Assembly (NCBI GenBank): GCA_035633295.1
Contig: DASQFE010000603.1
Coordinates: 1-50,053, forward strand
Origin: Ilumatobacteraceae bacterium
GTDB lineage: Bacteria; Actinomycetota; Acidimicrobiia; Acidimicrobiales; Ilumatobacteraceae
Reading direction: 5' to 3'
Length of the DNA: 50,053 nucleotides
Shown: piece after piece, positions 1 to 8,579 of the stretch
Layout of the letters: each line of letters begins with the position of its first letter
How positions within the stretch are numbered: the stretch's first letter is position 1
Made by a program: the position numbers and the translations under genes
Notes under the pieces: generated by a model
Told to the model about the DNA's origin: nothing
What the model saw: only the letters and a program-made list of their open reading frames with translations
Database searches by the model: none

Positions 1-902
1 AACCATTCATCGACGACGTCGACGAGTCCGCTCCACGGTGCCTGGGGAACGATCGCGTCGAGCACGTCGTCGGTCATCAACGTGTTCAGCTGGTCCCATG
101 CACCGTCTCGGGTCATCCGCTGCAGGCGCTCACCCAGCGCCTCCCACCCGTGCAGCTCGAGCGAGCATCGATACGCAGGCGTGCTGTAGAGGAACGCCAG
201 TGTGGCCCGCAGGTGCTCACGGCTGGCAGCCACCTGCGTGGGCGTCCGCCCGGTGATGAACATGCTGCCTGTGATCAGCTTCGGGCGGGACCGACCGGCT
301 TGCGCCGCCGCCGAGTCGAGCCGGGGCAGGCAGAACTCGCGCAGGTAGCGCGGGCTCGAATTCGTCGGGTGGGTGACGAAGCCGTCGGCAAGGGATCCTC
401 CGAGTCGACAGATCCGGTCGTTGACACCCCCGAGCCAGATCGGCGGGGTCCCGAAGCCGTGATCGCCGGGGTTGAAGAACGGTTGCAGCCGGGTGAAGGA
501 GTACTGCTCGCCCACATAGTGCAGCGGGTCGCCGGTGGCGAAGGAGTGCCAGATCGCGCGCACCGACTCGACGTACTCGCGCATCCGACCCACCGGCTCG
601 GTCCAGGGCATCGAGTACCGGCCTTCGATGTTCTGGCGGATCTGCGAACCGAGACCGAGTTCGAACCGCCCCCCGCTGAGGGCCGCGAGGTCCCACGCCG
701 TGTAGGCGACCAGCATCGGGCTGCGGACGAACGCCAGGATCATGCTGCTGGTGACCCGCAGTGTGGTGGTGGCCGAGAGAGCAAGCAGCGACACCATCAG
801 ACCGTCGTGCACGGTCTCGGGAACGTGGAGCGTGTCGTAGCCGAGTTCCTCGACACGTTGCGCGTACGCGCCGACGGCGGCGAGCGGGATGCGGTCGCTC
901 AT
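1..902 (-). CDS. LLM-class (luciferase-like) F420-type oxidoreductase; 3' end of the gene runs off the left edge
   Basis: This frame is not in the supplied track because it has no stop inside the window. Own translation from ATG 902: MSDRIPLAAVGAYAQRVEELGYDTLHVPETVHDGLMV...SGGRFELGLGSQIRQNIEGRYSMPW...PIWLGGVN. This is a typical LLM TIM-barrel N-terminus with an ELGLG motif. GGAGG lies 11 nt upstream of the ATG. It replaces shadow ORFs 150..935(+) and 217..1068(-). Confidence 0.8.
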   Translation of the reverse strand, partial: MSDRIPLAAVGAYAQRVEELGYDTLHVPETVHDGLMVSLLALSATTTLRVTSSMILAFVRSPMLVAYTAWDLAALSGGRFELGLGSQIRQNIEGRYSMPWTEPVGRMREYVESVRAIWHSFATGDPLHYVGEQYSFTRLQPFFNPGDHGFGTPPIWLGGVNDRICRLGGSLADGFVTHPTNSSPRYLREFCLPRLDSAAAQAGRSRPKLITGSMFITGRTPTQVAASREHLRATLAFLYSTPAYRCSLELHGWEALGERLQRMTRDGAWDQLNTLMTDDVLDAIVPQAPWSGLVDVVDEW

Positions 903-937
903 CCCCGCTACGGCCTCCACTGGGGCCGATGCTAGCT

Positions 938-954
938 TCTGACGGTTCGTCAGA
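938..954. promoter_or_regulatory. operator palindrome site 1: TCTGACG-GTT-CGTCAGA (perfect)
   Basis: Divergent region between the LLM gene (start 902) and the SDR (start 971). Overlapping TANNNT boxes TAGCAT (minus strand, 929..934) and TAGCTT (plus strand, 933..938) abut it. Confidence 0.7.
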
Positions 955-970
955 AACCAAGGAGCGCTCG

Positions 971-1882
971 TTGGCCGGATTCCTCGAAGGCAAAATCATC
1001 GCGATCACCGGCGGCGGTCGCGGGATCGGCCGCTGCATTGCTCTCGACGCCGCACGCGACGGAGCCAAGGTGGTCGTTGCCGACTACGGCGTGGCGATGG
1101 ACGGCAGCGAGCCGTCGTCAGACGTTGCCGATGAGGTCGTCGCCGAGATCATCGCGGCCGGCGGCGAGGCGATCGCGGCCGCGTCGGATGTGGGCACCAT
1201 GTCGGGTGGCGAAGCGATCGTCGCTGCGGCGATGGACACCTGGGGCCGGCTCGACGGCGCGGTCTGCGTGGCCGGGATCCTGCGCGAGCGGATGCTGTTC
1301 AACATGAGCGAAGAGGAGTTCGACGACGTCGTTCGCGTGCACCTCAAGGGCACGTTCACGGTCTACCGGGCTGCAGCCGCGGTGATGCGCAAGCAGGAGG
1401 GTGGGGGGTCGCTCATCGGGTTCACGTCAGGCGTCTGGGCGCTCGGTTCGGTGGCACAGGCCAACTACGCGGCTGCCAAGGGCGGCATCGTCTCGCTCAC
1501 CTACTCCGCAGCCGTTGGGCTCGAGCGGTACGGAGTACGAGCCAACGTCATCGCTCCGGTGGCGCGAACGCGCATGAGCGCCAACGTGCCGATGACCCTC
1601 GCCGAGAACGGCGACCCCGAGGACGTCGCTCCGATGGCCGTGTACCTCTTGAGCGACCGATCCAGGCACATCACGGGCCAGGTCTATTCGGTGGTCGGCA
1701 ACAAGATCGCCGTGTGGAGCCAGCCGAAGGAAGTCCGTGCGATGTACAACGACGACCGTTGGACGCCCGAGCTGATCGACGAGCGGCTGATGGCCACGGT
1801 GAAGTACGAGCACCTGCCGTTTCTCGACATGGTGGCCGAGATGAAGCGCGCGGCCGACGCCAAGCAGATGCCCAACGCATGA
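971..1882 (+). CDS. SDR, MFE-2 / Hsd4A-type (3R)-hydroxyacyl-CoA dehydrogenase-like
   Basis: TTG start 971 lies 7 nt after AAGGAG. Motifs: ITGGGRGIG, VVVADYGV..DGS..SSDVADEVVAEIIAAGGEAIA, NYAAAKGG (YxxxK). Block-by-block resemblance to the N-terminal dehydrogenase of multifunctional enzyme type 2. The part of track ORF 761..1882 upstream of 971 is Arg-rich shadow sequence. Confidence 0.85.
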   Translation: MAGFLEGKIIAITGGGRGIGRCIALDAARDGAKVVVADYGVAMDGSEPSSDVADEVVAEIIAAGGEAIAAASDVGTMSGGEAIVAAAMDTWGRLDGAVCVAGILRERMLFNMSEEEFDDVVRVHLKGTFTVYRAAAAVMRKQEGGGSLIGFTSGVWALGSVAQANYAAAKGGIVSLTYSAAVGLERYGVRANVIAPVARTRMSANVPMTLAENGDPEDVAPMAVYLLSDRSRHITGQVYSVVGNKIAVWSQPKEVRAMYNDDRWTPELIDERLMATVKYEHLPFLDMVAEMKRAADAKQMPNA

Positions 1883-3042
1883 TCGGGCCCCTCGCCGGGC
1901 TGACGGACGAGCAGTTCCGAAGGGTCGCTCGCGAGTGGTTGGCGGATCATGTGGTCGGCGCATTCGCCGAATTCCGCGGGCGCGGTGGCCCTGGCGACGA
2001 GGACATCGGTTTCGAGACGCGTGTGCAGTGGGAACAGGTGCTCGGTGACGCCGGCTGGATCGGGCTGGGCTGGCCGCACGATCATGGCGGGCACGGCGCG
2101 ACGATCGAGCAACAGGTCATCTGGGCCGAGGAGTACACACGGTCCGAAGCGCCCGCACGCGTGAACCACATGGGCGAGAATCTGCTCGCGCCCACGCTCA
2201 TCGCATACGGCACTGCTGCCCAGCGCGAACGGTTCCTGCCCGCGATTCGCAACGGCACGGAACGCTGGTGTCAGGGCTACAGCGAGCCGAATGCCGGCAG
2301 CGACCTGGCCAACGTGCAGACCCGGGCCCGCCTCGTCGGCGACGAGTGGGTCATCGACGGCCAGAAGGTGTGGACATCGCTCGCCCACGTGAGCCACTGG
2401 TGCTTCGTACTGGCGCGCAGCGAGGTCGGCTCGCAGCGCCACGCCGGCCTCACGTTCCTGCTCGTTCCGATGGACCAGCCCGGCATCGAGACGCGGCCGA
2501 TCGTGCAGCTGACCGGCGGCGGCGAGTTCAACGAGACGTTCTTCACCGACGCCCGCACCGACCGCGACATGGTGGTGGGTGAACCCGGCGACGGATGGCG
2601 CGTGGCCATGGGGCTGCTGGGTTTCGAACGCGGCATCTCGACGCTCGCCCAGCAGATCGGGTTCGAGCGCGAACTGCGCCACGCGATCGAACTTGCCCGG
2701 GTGCACGGCCGCCTGAGCGATGGCGTGATACGGCAACGGCTGATGGCCGCGCACACCGGGCTGCAGCTCATGCGCTGGAACGCGGTGCGGTCGATGAGTT
2801 CAGGTGTGCCCGGTCCCGAAGCGAGCATCTCCAAGCTCTTTTGGAGTACATGGCACCGCGAGCTCGGCAACCTGACGATCGATCTCCTCGGCGCCGCCGG
2901 ACTGGTCGGCGACGCCCGACACGGCGAACTGACGCTCGAGCAGAAGCTGTTCCTGTTCACCCGTTCCGACACGATCTACGGCGGCTCCAACGAGATTCAA
3001 CGTAACGTGCTCGGCGAGCGTGTGCTCGGCCTGCCGCGCTGA
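1879..3042 (+). CDS. acyl-CoA dehydrogenase (homomeric type, catalytic Glu present)
   Basis: ATGA start/stop overlap with the upstream SDR. Motifs: GYSEPNAGSDLA, WVIDGQKVWTS, C-terminal IYGGSNEIQRNVLGE (catalytic Glu). Confidence 0.9.
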   Translation: MIGPLAGLTDEQFRRVAREWLADHVVGAFAEFRGRGGPGDEDIGFETRVQWEQVLGDAGWIGLGWPHDHGGHGATIEQQVIWAEEYTRSEAPARVNHMGENLLAPTLIAYGTAAQRERFLPAIRNGTERWCQGYSEPNAGSDLANVQTRARLVGDEWVIDGQKVWTSLAHVSHWCFVLARSEVGSQRHAGLTFLLVPMDQPGIETRPIVQLTGGGEFNETFFTDARTDRDMVVGEPGDGWRVAMGLLGFERGISTLAQQIGFERELRHAIELARVHGRLSDGVIRQRLMAAHTGLQLMRWNAVRSMSSGVPGPEASISKLFWSTWHRELGNLTIDLLGAAGLVGDARHGELTLEQKLFLFTRSDTIYGGSNEIQRNVLGERVLGLPR

Positions 3043-3069
3043 CCCGACTCCTGCTGACCCGACTCCTGC
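3040..3069 (+). repeat. perfect 15-bp x2 tandem duplication TGACCCGACTCCTGC that starts with the upstream stop codon
   Basis: Unit 1 is 3040..3054 (TGA = stop of the ACAD gene). Unit 2 is 3055..3069. Together they fill most of the 42-bp spacer before ATG 3085. Confidence 0.9.
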
Positions 3070-3084
3070 TTGCGAGGTAGCCCC

Positions 3085-3855
3085 ATGAACTCACCGTCAC
3101 CCACCCCGACCCCACCGGAGGGCCACGGCCTGCTCGCAGGAAAGGGTGTCCTCGTCACGGCTGCGGCCGGGAGCGGAATCGGCTCGGCGACTGCCCGGCG
3201 TTGCCTGGAGGAGGGCGCCCGCGTGGTGATCGCCGACAAGCACGAGCGTCGCCTCGCCGAAACCGCCGAGCAGCTCGGTGTGGAGGCGTTCACGTGCGAC
3301 GTCACCGACGAGGCCAGCGTGCAGGCGATGATCTCCGGCGCCGCGGACGCGCTCGGTGGTATCGACGTGGTCGTCAACAACGCCGGGCTGGGAGGAACGG
3401 CCGAGGTCCACGAGATGACCGACGAGCAGTGGTCCGTGGTGCTCGATGTCACGCTCACCGGTACGTTCCGAGTCACTCGGGCCGCCCTCAACCACATGTA
3501 CCCGCGGGCAGCCGGCGTGATCGTCAACAACGCCTCAGTGCTCGGATGGCGAGCGCAGGCGGGCCAGGCCCACTACGCCGCGGCCAAGGCCGGCGTGATG
3601 GCCCTCACACGTTGCTCCGCCATCGAGGCCGCACCACGCGGCGTGCGCATCAACGCCGTTGCCCCGAGTCTGGCAATGCACGCCAACCTGGCCAAGGTCA
3701 CCTCCGACGAGCTGCTCGCCGAGCTGACCAGAGGCGAGGCGTTCGGCCGCGCCGCCGAGCCCTGGGAGATCGCCAACGTGATCGTGTTCCTCGCTTCGGA
3801 CTACAGCTCGTACATGACCGGCGAATCGGTGAGCGTCAGCTCACAACATCCCTGA
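3085..3855 (+). CDS. SDR family oxidoreductase (FabG-like)
   Basis: ATG 3085 is preceded by GAGGT. Motifs: VTAAAGSGIGSATA, NNAG, YAAAKAG, C-terminal YMTGESVSVS. Confidence 0.88.
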   Translation: MNSPSPTPTPPEGHGLLAGKGVLVTAAAGSGIGSATARRCLEEGARVVIADKHERRLAETAEQLGVEAFTCDVTDEASVQAMISGAADALGGIDVVVNNAGLGGTAEVHEMTDEQWSVVLDVTLTGTFRVTRAALNHMYPRAAGVIVNNASVLGWRAQAGQAHYAAAKAGVMALTRCSAIEAAPRGVRINAVAPSLAMHANLAKVTSDELLAELTRGEAFGRAAEPWEIANVIVFLASDYSSYMTGESVSVSSQHP

Positions 3856-3869
3856 GCTCGCGGCTCAGG
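3851..3869. terminator. 7-bp stem/5-nt loop hairpin CCTGAGC-tcgcg-GCTCAGG embedding both convergent stop codons
   Basis: Stops are at 3853..3855 (plus strand) and 3865..3867 (minus strand), one in each arm. There is no U-tract. Confidence 0.3.
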
Positions 3870-5313
3870 TGTTCAGGCGATCTGCGCGTAGCTGGCTGCG
3901 GCGCACCTTGCCGGCGTCGTCTCGCAGTGGCTCGGTGACGAACTCGAACTCCCGCGGGATCTTGTAGCGAACGAGCCGGTCGGCGAGGTACGCGCGCAGC
4001 TCGTCCGCAGTCACCACGTTGTCGTCGGCGAGCTGCACGATCGCATGGACTCGGTTGCCGAGGTCCTCGTCGGGCAGGCCGATGACCGCACTCGAGCGGA
4101 CATGGGGGTACTCGTCGATGGCTGCCTCGATCTCGGCCGGGTAGATGTTGGCACCCCCGGAGAGGATCATGTCACCGAGCCGGTCGGTCAGGAACACGAA
4201 CCCCTCCTCATCGATCCAGCCCATGTCGCCGAGCGACTCCCAGCCGTCGTCGGTCACCTTCGCGTCGGCTCCGACGTAGCGGTACGTGACACGGCCGTCC
4301 GGGGCGCGCATGTAGATCTCTCCGACCTCGCCGGGCGGTGCGTCGTTGCCCTCGTCGTCGATCACCTTCATCTCGCCGTAGATCGGCTTGCCGACGGAGC
4401 CTCGGTGGGCCAGCCACTGGTCGCCGCGGATGACGGTGACTGCCTGGGCCTCGGTACCGGCGTAGAGCTCGAAGATCTTCTCGCCCCCGAGCCAGTCGAT
4501 CCACTCCTCCTTCAGCCACGGCGGGCACGGTGCCGCCATGTGCCAGACGACCTGAATGGAGGACATGTCGTAGCTGCGGTGATCGTCGACGCGGGTGATC
4601 CGCAGCATCATCGTCGGCACGAGCAGCATCCACGTCGGCCGATGCTGTTGGGCGGCCACGAGCGTCGCCTCGGCATCGAACCGGGCCATGGTGATGATGT
4701 GGTTGCCGTTGACGAGCGCCTTGCTGGAATAGCTGAACGGGGCGTTGTGGTACATCGGCCCGGGCACGAGCATCACGCCGTCGCAGACCATTCCCATGCC
4801 GGGGTCGGCGTCGGTGTCGATCACTCCAGGGTCGCCGGCCACGATCAGTTTCGGTCGCCCCGTGGAACCACCGGATGTCGGCGCCTTCCACGTGGGCGAG
4901 ATCGCGTCGGGCAGCGCGGAATCGTCGAGCGAGGCATCGGGCAGCCAGCCGACGGGAAGGCACACCCTGCCCGGGTGTTCGCCCGGCTCCGCTCCGAGGA
5001 CCACCGGGGAGTTCGCCAGCTCGACGATCCCGTCGCGTTCGAGATGCGGGAGTCGGGGAGACACCGGTTGCGGGACGGCACCGATCTTCCAGGCCGCCAA
5101 CGTGGCGGCGAAGAACTCCGACGAGTTCGGCAGCCCAATGGTGACGTAGTCGCCATGGGCGACCCCGAACCCGATGAACGCCCTGGCCATCCGATTGGCG
5201 AGGGACTCGAGTTCGCCACGCGTGATCGTGACGTCGGCAACGGTGACGGCGGGGCGGTCGGGATCACGGCGGGCGCACTCGGTGAACGCTCGTCCAAGGG
5301 GAATCGTCGGCAT
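3865..5313 (-). CDS. AMP-dependent acyl-CoA synthetase (FadD family; FadD3-like candidate by position next to the ipd block)
   Basis: Motifs: PTSGGSTGRPKLI (AMP-binding P-loop), GEIYMR, LGDMGWIDEEGFVFLTDRLGDMILSGGANIYPAEIE, C-terminal GKVRRS. Start is the internal ATG 5313 (MPTIPLGRAF...). The upstream part of track ORF 3865..5445 overlaps the next gene and is Arg-rich. Confidence 0.88.
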   Translation of the reverse strand: MPTIPLGRAFTECARRDPDRPAVTVADVTITRGELESLANRMARAFIGFGVAHGDYVTIGLPNSSEFFAATLAAWKIGAVPQPVSPRLPHLERDGIVELANSPVVLGAEPGEHPGRVCLPVGWLPDASLDDSALPDAISPTWKAPTSGGSTGRPKLIVAGDPGVIDTDADPGMGMVCDGVMLVPGPMYHNAPFSYSSKALVNGNHIITMARFDAEATLVAAQQHRPTWMLLVPTMMLRITRVDDHRSYDMSSIQVVWHMAAPCPPWLKEEWIDWLGGEKIFELYAGTEAQAVTVIRGDQWLAHRGSVGKPIYGEMKVIDDEGNDAPPGEVGEIYMRAPDGRVTYRYVGADAKVTDDGWESLGDMGWIDEEGFVFLTDRLGDMILSGGANIYPAEIEAAIDEYPHVRSSAVIGLPDEDLGNRVHAIVQLADDNVVTADELRAYLADRLVRYKIPREFEFVTEPLRDDAGKVRRSQLRADRLNT

Positions 5314-5327
5314 GTCGGCGATGGTAA

Positions 5328-6101
5328 CTACTCGTCGATGGCGTCGATGGCGTCGAGGAATGCGGGACGGTCCCCCCCGCCGTGCAGCACCAGGTTCGCG
5401 CCGGTCACGTACGCGGCCGCCGACGAGGCGAGGAACAGGCAACACTCGGCGATGTCGGTCGACGACGCCATGCGTCCGGCGGGGATGGTTCGTTCGATCC
5501 TCTCGATCGACGCATCATCGCCGTAGTGCAACCCCGCCTGCTCGGTGCGCACGAGCCCCGCGGTGATCGTGTTGACCCGCACCTTGGGTGCCCACTCATG
5601 GGCTGCGGTCATGGCGAAGCCGGCGAGACCGGCCTTGGCTGCGCCGTACGCGGCAACCGTCGGCGCCGGCCGCTGCGCGGCGATGCTGCCGATGTTCACG
5701 ATGACGCCGCCCTGCGCCTGACGCTGCATGTGGTGATTGGCCCGCTGACTCACGTACATCGGGGCCAGGAGATTCAACGCCACGATCCGCTCGCTGAACC
5801 GCGGCGGTGCGGTGGTGGTGTCGGCCGGTGGTGAACCGCCGGCGTTGTTGACGACCACGTCGAGGCGTCCGTACCGTCCGACGACGTCGTCGATCATCGC
5901 CCACGCCTGCTCACCATCGCGCAGATCGGCGGCGACGAAGCCCCACGACGGCGGCAGCGGCGACTCGCCGACCGAACGAGCACACACCACCACCTGGGCG
6001 CCCGCCTCGGCGAACCGCGACGCGAGACCGCGACCGATTCCCTTGGTCCCCCCGGTGACCAGCACCACCTGGCCGGTGAAGTCGAATGTCGCCGTCGCCA
6101 C
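5328..6101 (-). CDS. SDR family oxidoreductase
   Basis: GTG start 6101. Motifs: VTGGTKGIG, VVNNAGG, YGAAKAG, VTGANLVLHGG. First gene of a leftward unit. TACAGT lies 6 nt upstream of the start. Confidence 0.88.
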   Translation of the reverse strand: MATATFDFTGQVVLVTGGTKGIGRGLASRFAEAGAQVVVCARSVGESPLPPSWGFVAADLRDGEQAWAMIDDVVGRYGRLDVVVNNAGGSPPADTTTAPPRFSERIVALNLLAPMYVSQRANHHMQRQAQGGVIVNIGSIAAQRPAPTVAAYGAAKAGLAGFAMTAAHEWAPKVRVNTITAGLVRTEQAGLHYGDDASIERIERTIPAGRMASSTDIAECCLFLASSAAAYVTGANLVLHGGGDRPAFLDAIDAIDE

Positions 6102-6107
6102 GTCGGC

Positions 6108-6113
6108 ACTGTA
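6108..6113 (-). promoter_or_regulatory. -10 box TACAGT, 6 nt upstream of GTG 6101 (leaderless geometry)
   Basis: Read on the minus strand: TACAGT gccgac GTG. Confidence 0.45.
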
Positions 6114-6128
6114 GACGGCTCGACCGTT

Positions 6129-6145
6129 TCTGACGCGGTGTCAGA
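6129..6145. promoter_or_regulatory. operator palindrome site 2: TCTGACG-CGG-TGTCAGA (1 mismatch)
   Basis: Lies between the SDR start (6101, minus strand) and echA20 (6167, plus strand). Confidence 0.65.
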
Positions 6146-6152
6146 TTGGGGG

Positions 6153-6158
6153 TACCAT
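6153..6158 (+). promoter_or_regulatory. -10 box TACCAT, 8 nt upstream of GTG 6167
   Basis: TACCAT ccacgccc GTG. It lies downstream of the alternative TTG 6146 start, which argues for 6167. Confidence 0.4.
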
Positions 6159-6166
6159 CCACGCCC

Positions 6167-6958
6167 GTGGGGATCTCGACGAGCATCGACGAAACCGGCA
6201 TCGCCGAGGTGGTGATGGACTGCCCGCCGGTCAATGCACTCACGGTCGCCGAGTGGTTCGAAGTCGCCTCGCAGGTGACGGCCGCCGGCCACGACAGTGG
6301 CGTTCGTGTCGTCGTGCTGCGCGCCGAGGGCAAGGGCTACAACGCCGGCGTCGACATCAAGGAGATGCAGAACACGACCGGGTTCAGTGCACTCCTTGGC
6401 GCCAACAAGGGGTGCTACGCGGCCTTTGCCGCGGTGTACGACTGTGAGGTACCGGTGATCGCCGAAGTCCACGGCTTCTGCCTCGGCGGCGGCATCGGCC
6501 TGGCCGGCAATGCCGACATCATCGTCGCGAGCGACGACGCCTACTTCGGCCTGCCCGAGGTCGATCGCGGCGCGCTCGGCGCCGCCACCCACCTCTCCCG
6601 CCTGGTCCCGCAGCACAAGATGCGCGCCATGGTCTACACCTCGGCAACGGCAACTGCTGCCGAACTGCATCACTTCGGCAGCATCCACTCGGTCGTTGCA
6701 CGCAGCGAGCTTCGCGATGCATCGAGGGCGCTTGCGGCCCAGATCGCATCGAAGTCACCAACGGTCATCCGCGCCGCCAAGGAAAGCCTCAACGGCATCG
6801 ACCTGTGGGACGTGAAGAAGAGCTACCGCTTCGAGCAGGGGTTCACGTTCGAACTGAACCTCAGTGGAGTTGCCGACGAGCTGCGCGACGATTTCGCCGG
6901 CACCACCAAGTCCGACTTCGCCGGCACGACAACATCCGGATCCGAGCGGGCCACATGA
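6167..6958 (+). CDS. echA20: enoyl-CoA hydratase/crotonase, EchA20-like
   Basis: Crotonase motifs: GKGYNAGVDIKEM, HGFCLGGGIGLAGNADI, FGLPEVDRGALGA. It lies directly upstream of ipdA with an ATGA overlap. The start is ambiguous (TTG 6146 or GTG 6167). I chose GTG 6167 because TACCAT (6153..6158) sits 8 nt upstream of it. Confidence 0.8.
   Translation: MGISTSIDETGIAEVVMDCPPVNALTVAEWFEVASQVTAAGHDSGVRVVVLRAEGKGYNAGVDIKEMQNTTGFSALLGANKGCYAAFAAVYDCEVPVIAEVHGFCLGGGIGLAGNADIIVASDDAYFGLPEVDRGALGAATHLSRLVPQHKMRAMVYTSATATAAELHHFGSIHSVVARSELRDASRALAAQIASKSPTVIRAAKESLNGIDLWDVKKSYRFEQGFTFELNLSGVADELRDDFAGTTKSDFAGTTTSGSERAT
6890..6937 (+). repeat. in-frame 24-bp x2 tandem duplication at the C-terminus of EchA20 (DFAGTTKS / DFAGTTTS)
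   Basis: gatttcgccggcaccaccaagtcc followed by gacttcgccggcacgacaacatcc. Confidence 0.85.
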
Positions 6959-7827
6959 GCCGCGACAAGCGCATCACCCACGACGAGGCCATCGGCTTGC
7001 TCGAGAGCGGCATGACGATCGGCATCGGCGGATGGGGGAGCCGCCGCAAGCCGATGTCGCTCGTGCGAGCGCTGCTGCGAAGCGATCTGAGTGACCTCAC
7101 CATCGTCACCTACGGGGGACCCGACGTCGGGCTGCTCGCCGCTGCCGGCAAGATCGCAAAGCTGGTGTACGGGTTCGTGTCACTCGACTCGATCCCGCTC
7201 GAACCGCACTTCCGCGCCGCCCGCCAGCAGGGCACCATCGCCGAGTGCGTCGAGTACGACGAGGGCATGCTGCAGTGGGCGCTCTACGCCGGCTCGTTGC
7301 GGCTGCCGTTCCTGCCCACTCGCGCCGGCCTCGGCTCGGGTGTGGTCGACGTCAACCCGGCGCTTCGCACGGTGCGCTCGCCCTACGCCGACGGCGAGGA
7401 GCTCCTTGCCGTTCCGGCGATCCGTCTCGATGCGGCCTTCGTGCACCTGAACCGCTCCGATCACTCTGGCAACGCCCAGTTCCTCGGACCTGACCTGTAC
7501 TTCGACGACCTGTTCCTCAACGCGTGTGAGCCGGGCCGTCGCTTCGTTTCGTGCGAGCGCGTCATCACGACCGAGGAACTGCTCGACGAAGGAACCTTCC
7601 ACACGCTGCGGATCAACCGCTCGATGGTCGACGGCGTCATCGAGGCGCCATCGGGCGCCCACTTCACCAATTGTCAGCCCGACTACGAACGCGACGAGGC
7701 GTTCCAGAAGGAGTACGCCACGGCAGCCGGCGACCCCGAACGGTGGGCGGCATTCACCCAACGGTTCCTCAGCGGAACCGAGGCTGACTACCAAGCGGCC
7801 GTTGCCGACTGGAGGACGGCGCTGTGA
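6955..7827 (+). CDS. ipdA: CoA-transferase-fold subunit A of the COCHEA-CoA ring hydrolase (IpdA)
   Basis: Motifs: SGMTIGIGGWGSRRKPMSLVRALLRSDLSDLTIVTYGGPDVGLL, LPFLPTRAGLGS, IEAPSGAHFT, FLSGTEADYQAAV. Near-collinear with mycobacterial IpdA as I remember it. ATGA overlap with echA20. Confidence 0.9.
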   Translation: MSRDKRITHDEAIGLLESGMTIGIGGWGSRRKPMSLVRALLRSDLSDLTIVTYGGPDVGLLAAAGKIAKLVYGFVSLDSIPLEPHFRAARQQGTIAECVEYDEGMLQWALYAGSLRLPFLPTRAGLGSGVVDVNPALRTVRSPYADGEELLAVPAIRLDAAFVHLNRSDHSGNAQFLGPDLYFDDLFLNACEPGRRFVSCERVITTEELLDEGTFHTLRINRSMVDGVIEAPSGAHFTNCQPDYERDEAFQKEYATAAGDPERWAAFTQRFLSGTEADYQAAVADWRTAL

Positions 7828-8579
7828 ACGCCCGTCTCGCCGACATCGTCGTGCTCGCGGCGGCCGAGGCATTCCGCGGTGACGGTGAGATCTTCGCGTC
7901 GGGAATGGGCACGATCCCGATGCTCGGAGCGCGGCTCGCCCGCAGCACCTTCGAACCCGACCTCATGGTGAGCGATGGTGAGGCGTTCTTCGTCGGCAAC
8001 GACCTTCCGATCGGCGGCACCGACAAGCTGGTCGAGGGGTGGATCCCGTTCCGCACCGTGTTCGACACGCTGTGGGGTGGGCGTCGCCACGTGATGATGG
8101 GTGCGTCACAGATCGACGATCGCGGCAACACGAACATTGCCAACATCGGGCCGTGGTCGAAGCCGAAGGCCCAGCTCCTCGGCGTTCGTGGTGGGCCCGG
8201 CAACACGATCAACCACGCCACGAGTTTCTGGATACCCAAGCACACCCCGTCGGTGTTCACTGCTGCGGTCGACATGGTGAGCGGCATCGGCTACGACCGT
8301 GCCGAGGGACTGGGCCCGTGGGTGCAGGCCCACCACGACCTTCGACGCGTGGTCACGAACCTGGCGGTGCTCGACTTCGAGTGCGATGAGCGACGGATGC
8401 GCCTTCGCAGTACCCACCCCGGCATCTCCGTAGCCGACGTCGTTGCCGCAACCGGTTTCGAGCTGGTGATCCCCCCTGACGTGCCGACGAGCCATGCGCC
8501 GACCGACGTCGAGTTGGCCGTCATCGACCGCCTCGACCCGACGGGCATCCGCCTGCGCGAAGTGCCCGACCCCGAATGA
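7824..8579 (+). CDS. ipdB: CoA-transferase-fold subunit B (IpdB)
   Basis: GTGA overlap with ipdA. Motifs: AAAEAFRGDGEIFASGMGTIPMLGARLAR, MMGASQIDDRGNTNIANIG, GVRGGPGNT. Confidence 0.88.
   Translation: MNARLADIVVLAAAEAFRGDGEIFASGMGTIPMLGARLARSTFEPDLMVSDGEAFFVGNDLPIGGTDKLVEGWIPFRTVFDTLWGGRRHVMMGASQIDDRGNTNIANIGPWSKPKAQLLGVRGGPGNTINHATSFWIPKHTPSVFTAAVDMVSGIGYDRAEGLGPWVQAHHDLRRVVTNLAVLDFECDERRMRLRSTHPGISVADVVAATGFELVIPPDVPTSHAPTDVELAVIDRLDPTGIRLREVPDPE

Noticed and set aside
150-1068. Track ORFs 150..935(+) and 217..1068(-) at the left edge.
   Set aside because: A third frame on the minus strand, open to the window edge and therefore missing from the track, translates to a textbook LLM oxidoreductase N-terminus starting at ATG 902. 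The two listed ORFs are low-complexity shadows of it.
3865-5445. N-terminal extensions of several track ORFs. Examples: 3865..5445, 27515..28816, 36594..38084, 37649..38596, 35425..36744, 32456..33673, 761..1882, 1714..3042, 6805..7827.
   Set aside because: The extensions are Arg/Pro-rich and overlap the preceding gene. Internal ATG/GTG codons sit exactly at 1- or 4-nt overlaps with the upstream stop and give canonical family N-termini, so I used the shorter coordinates.
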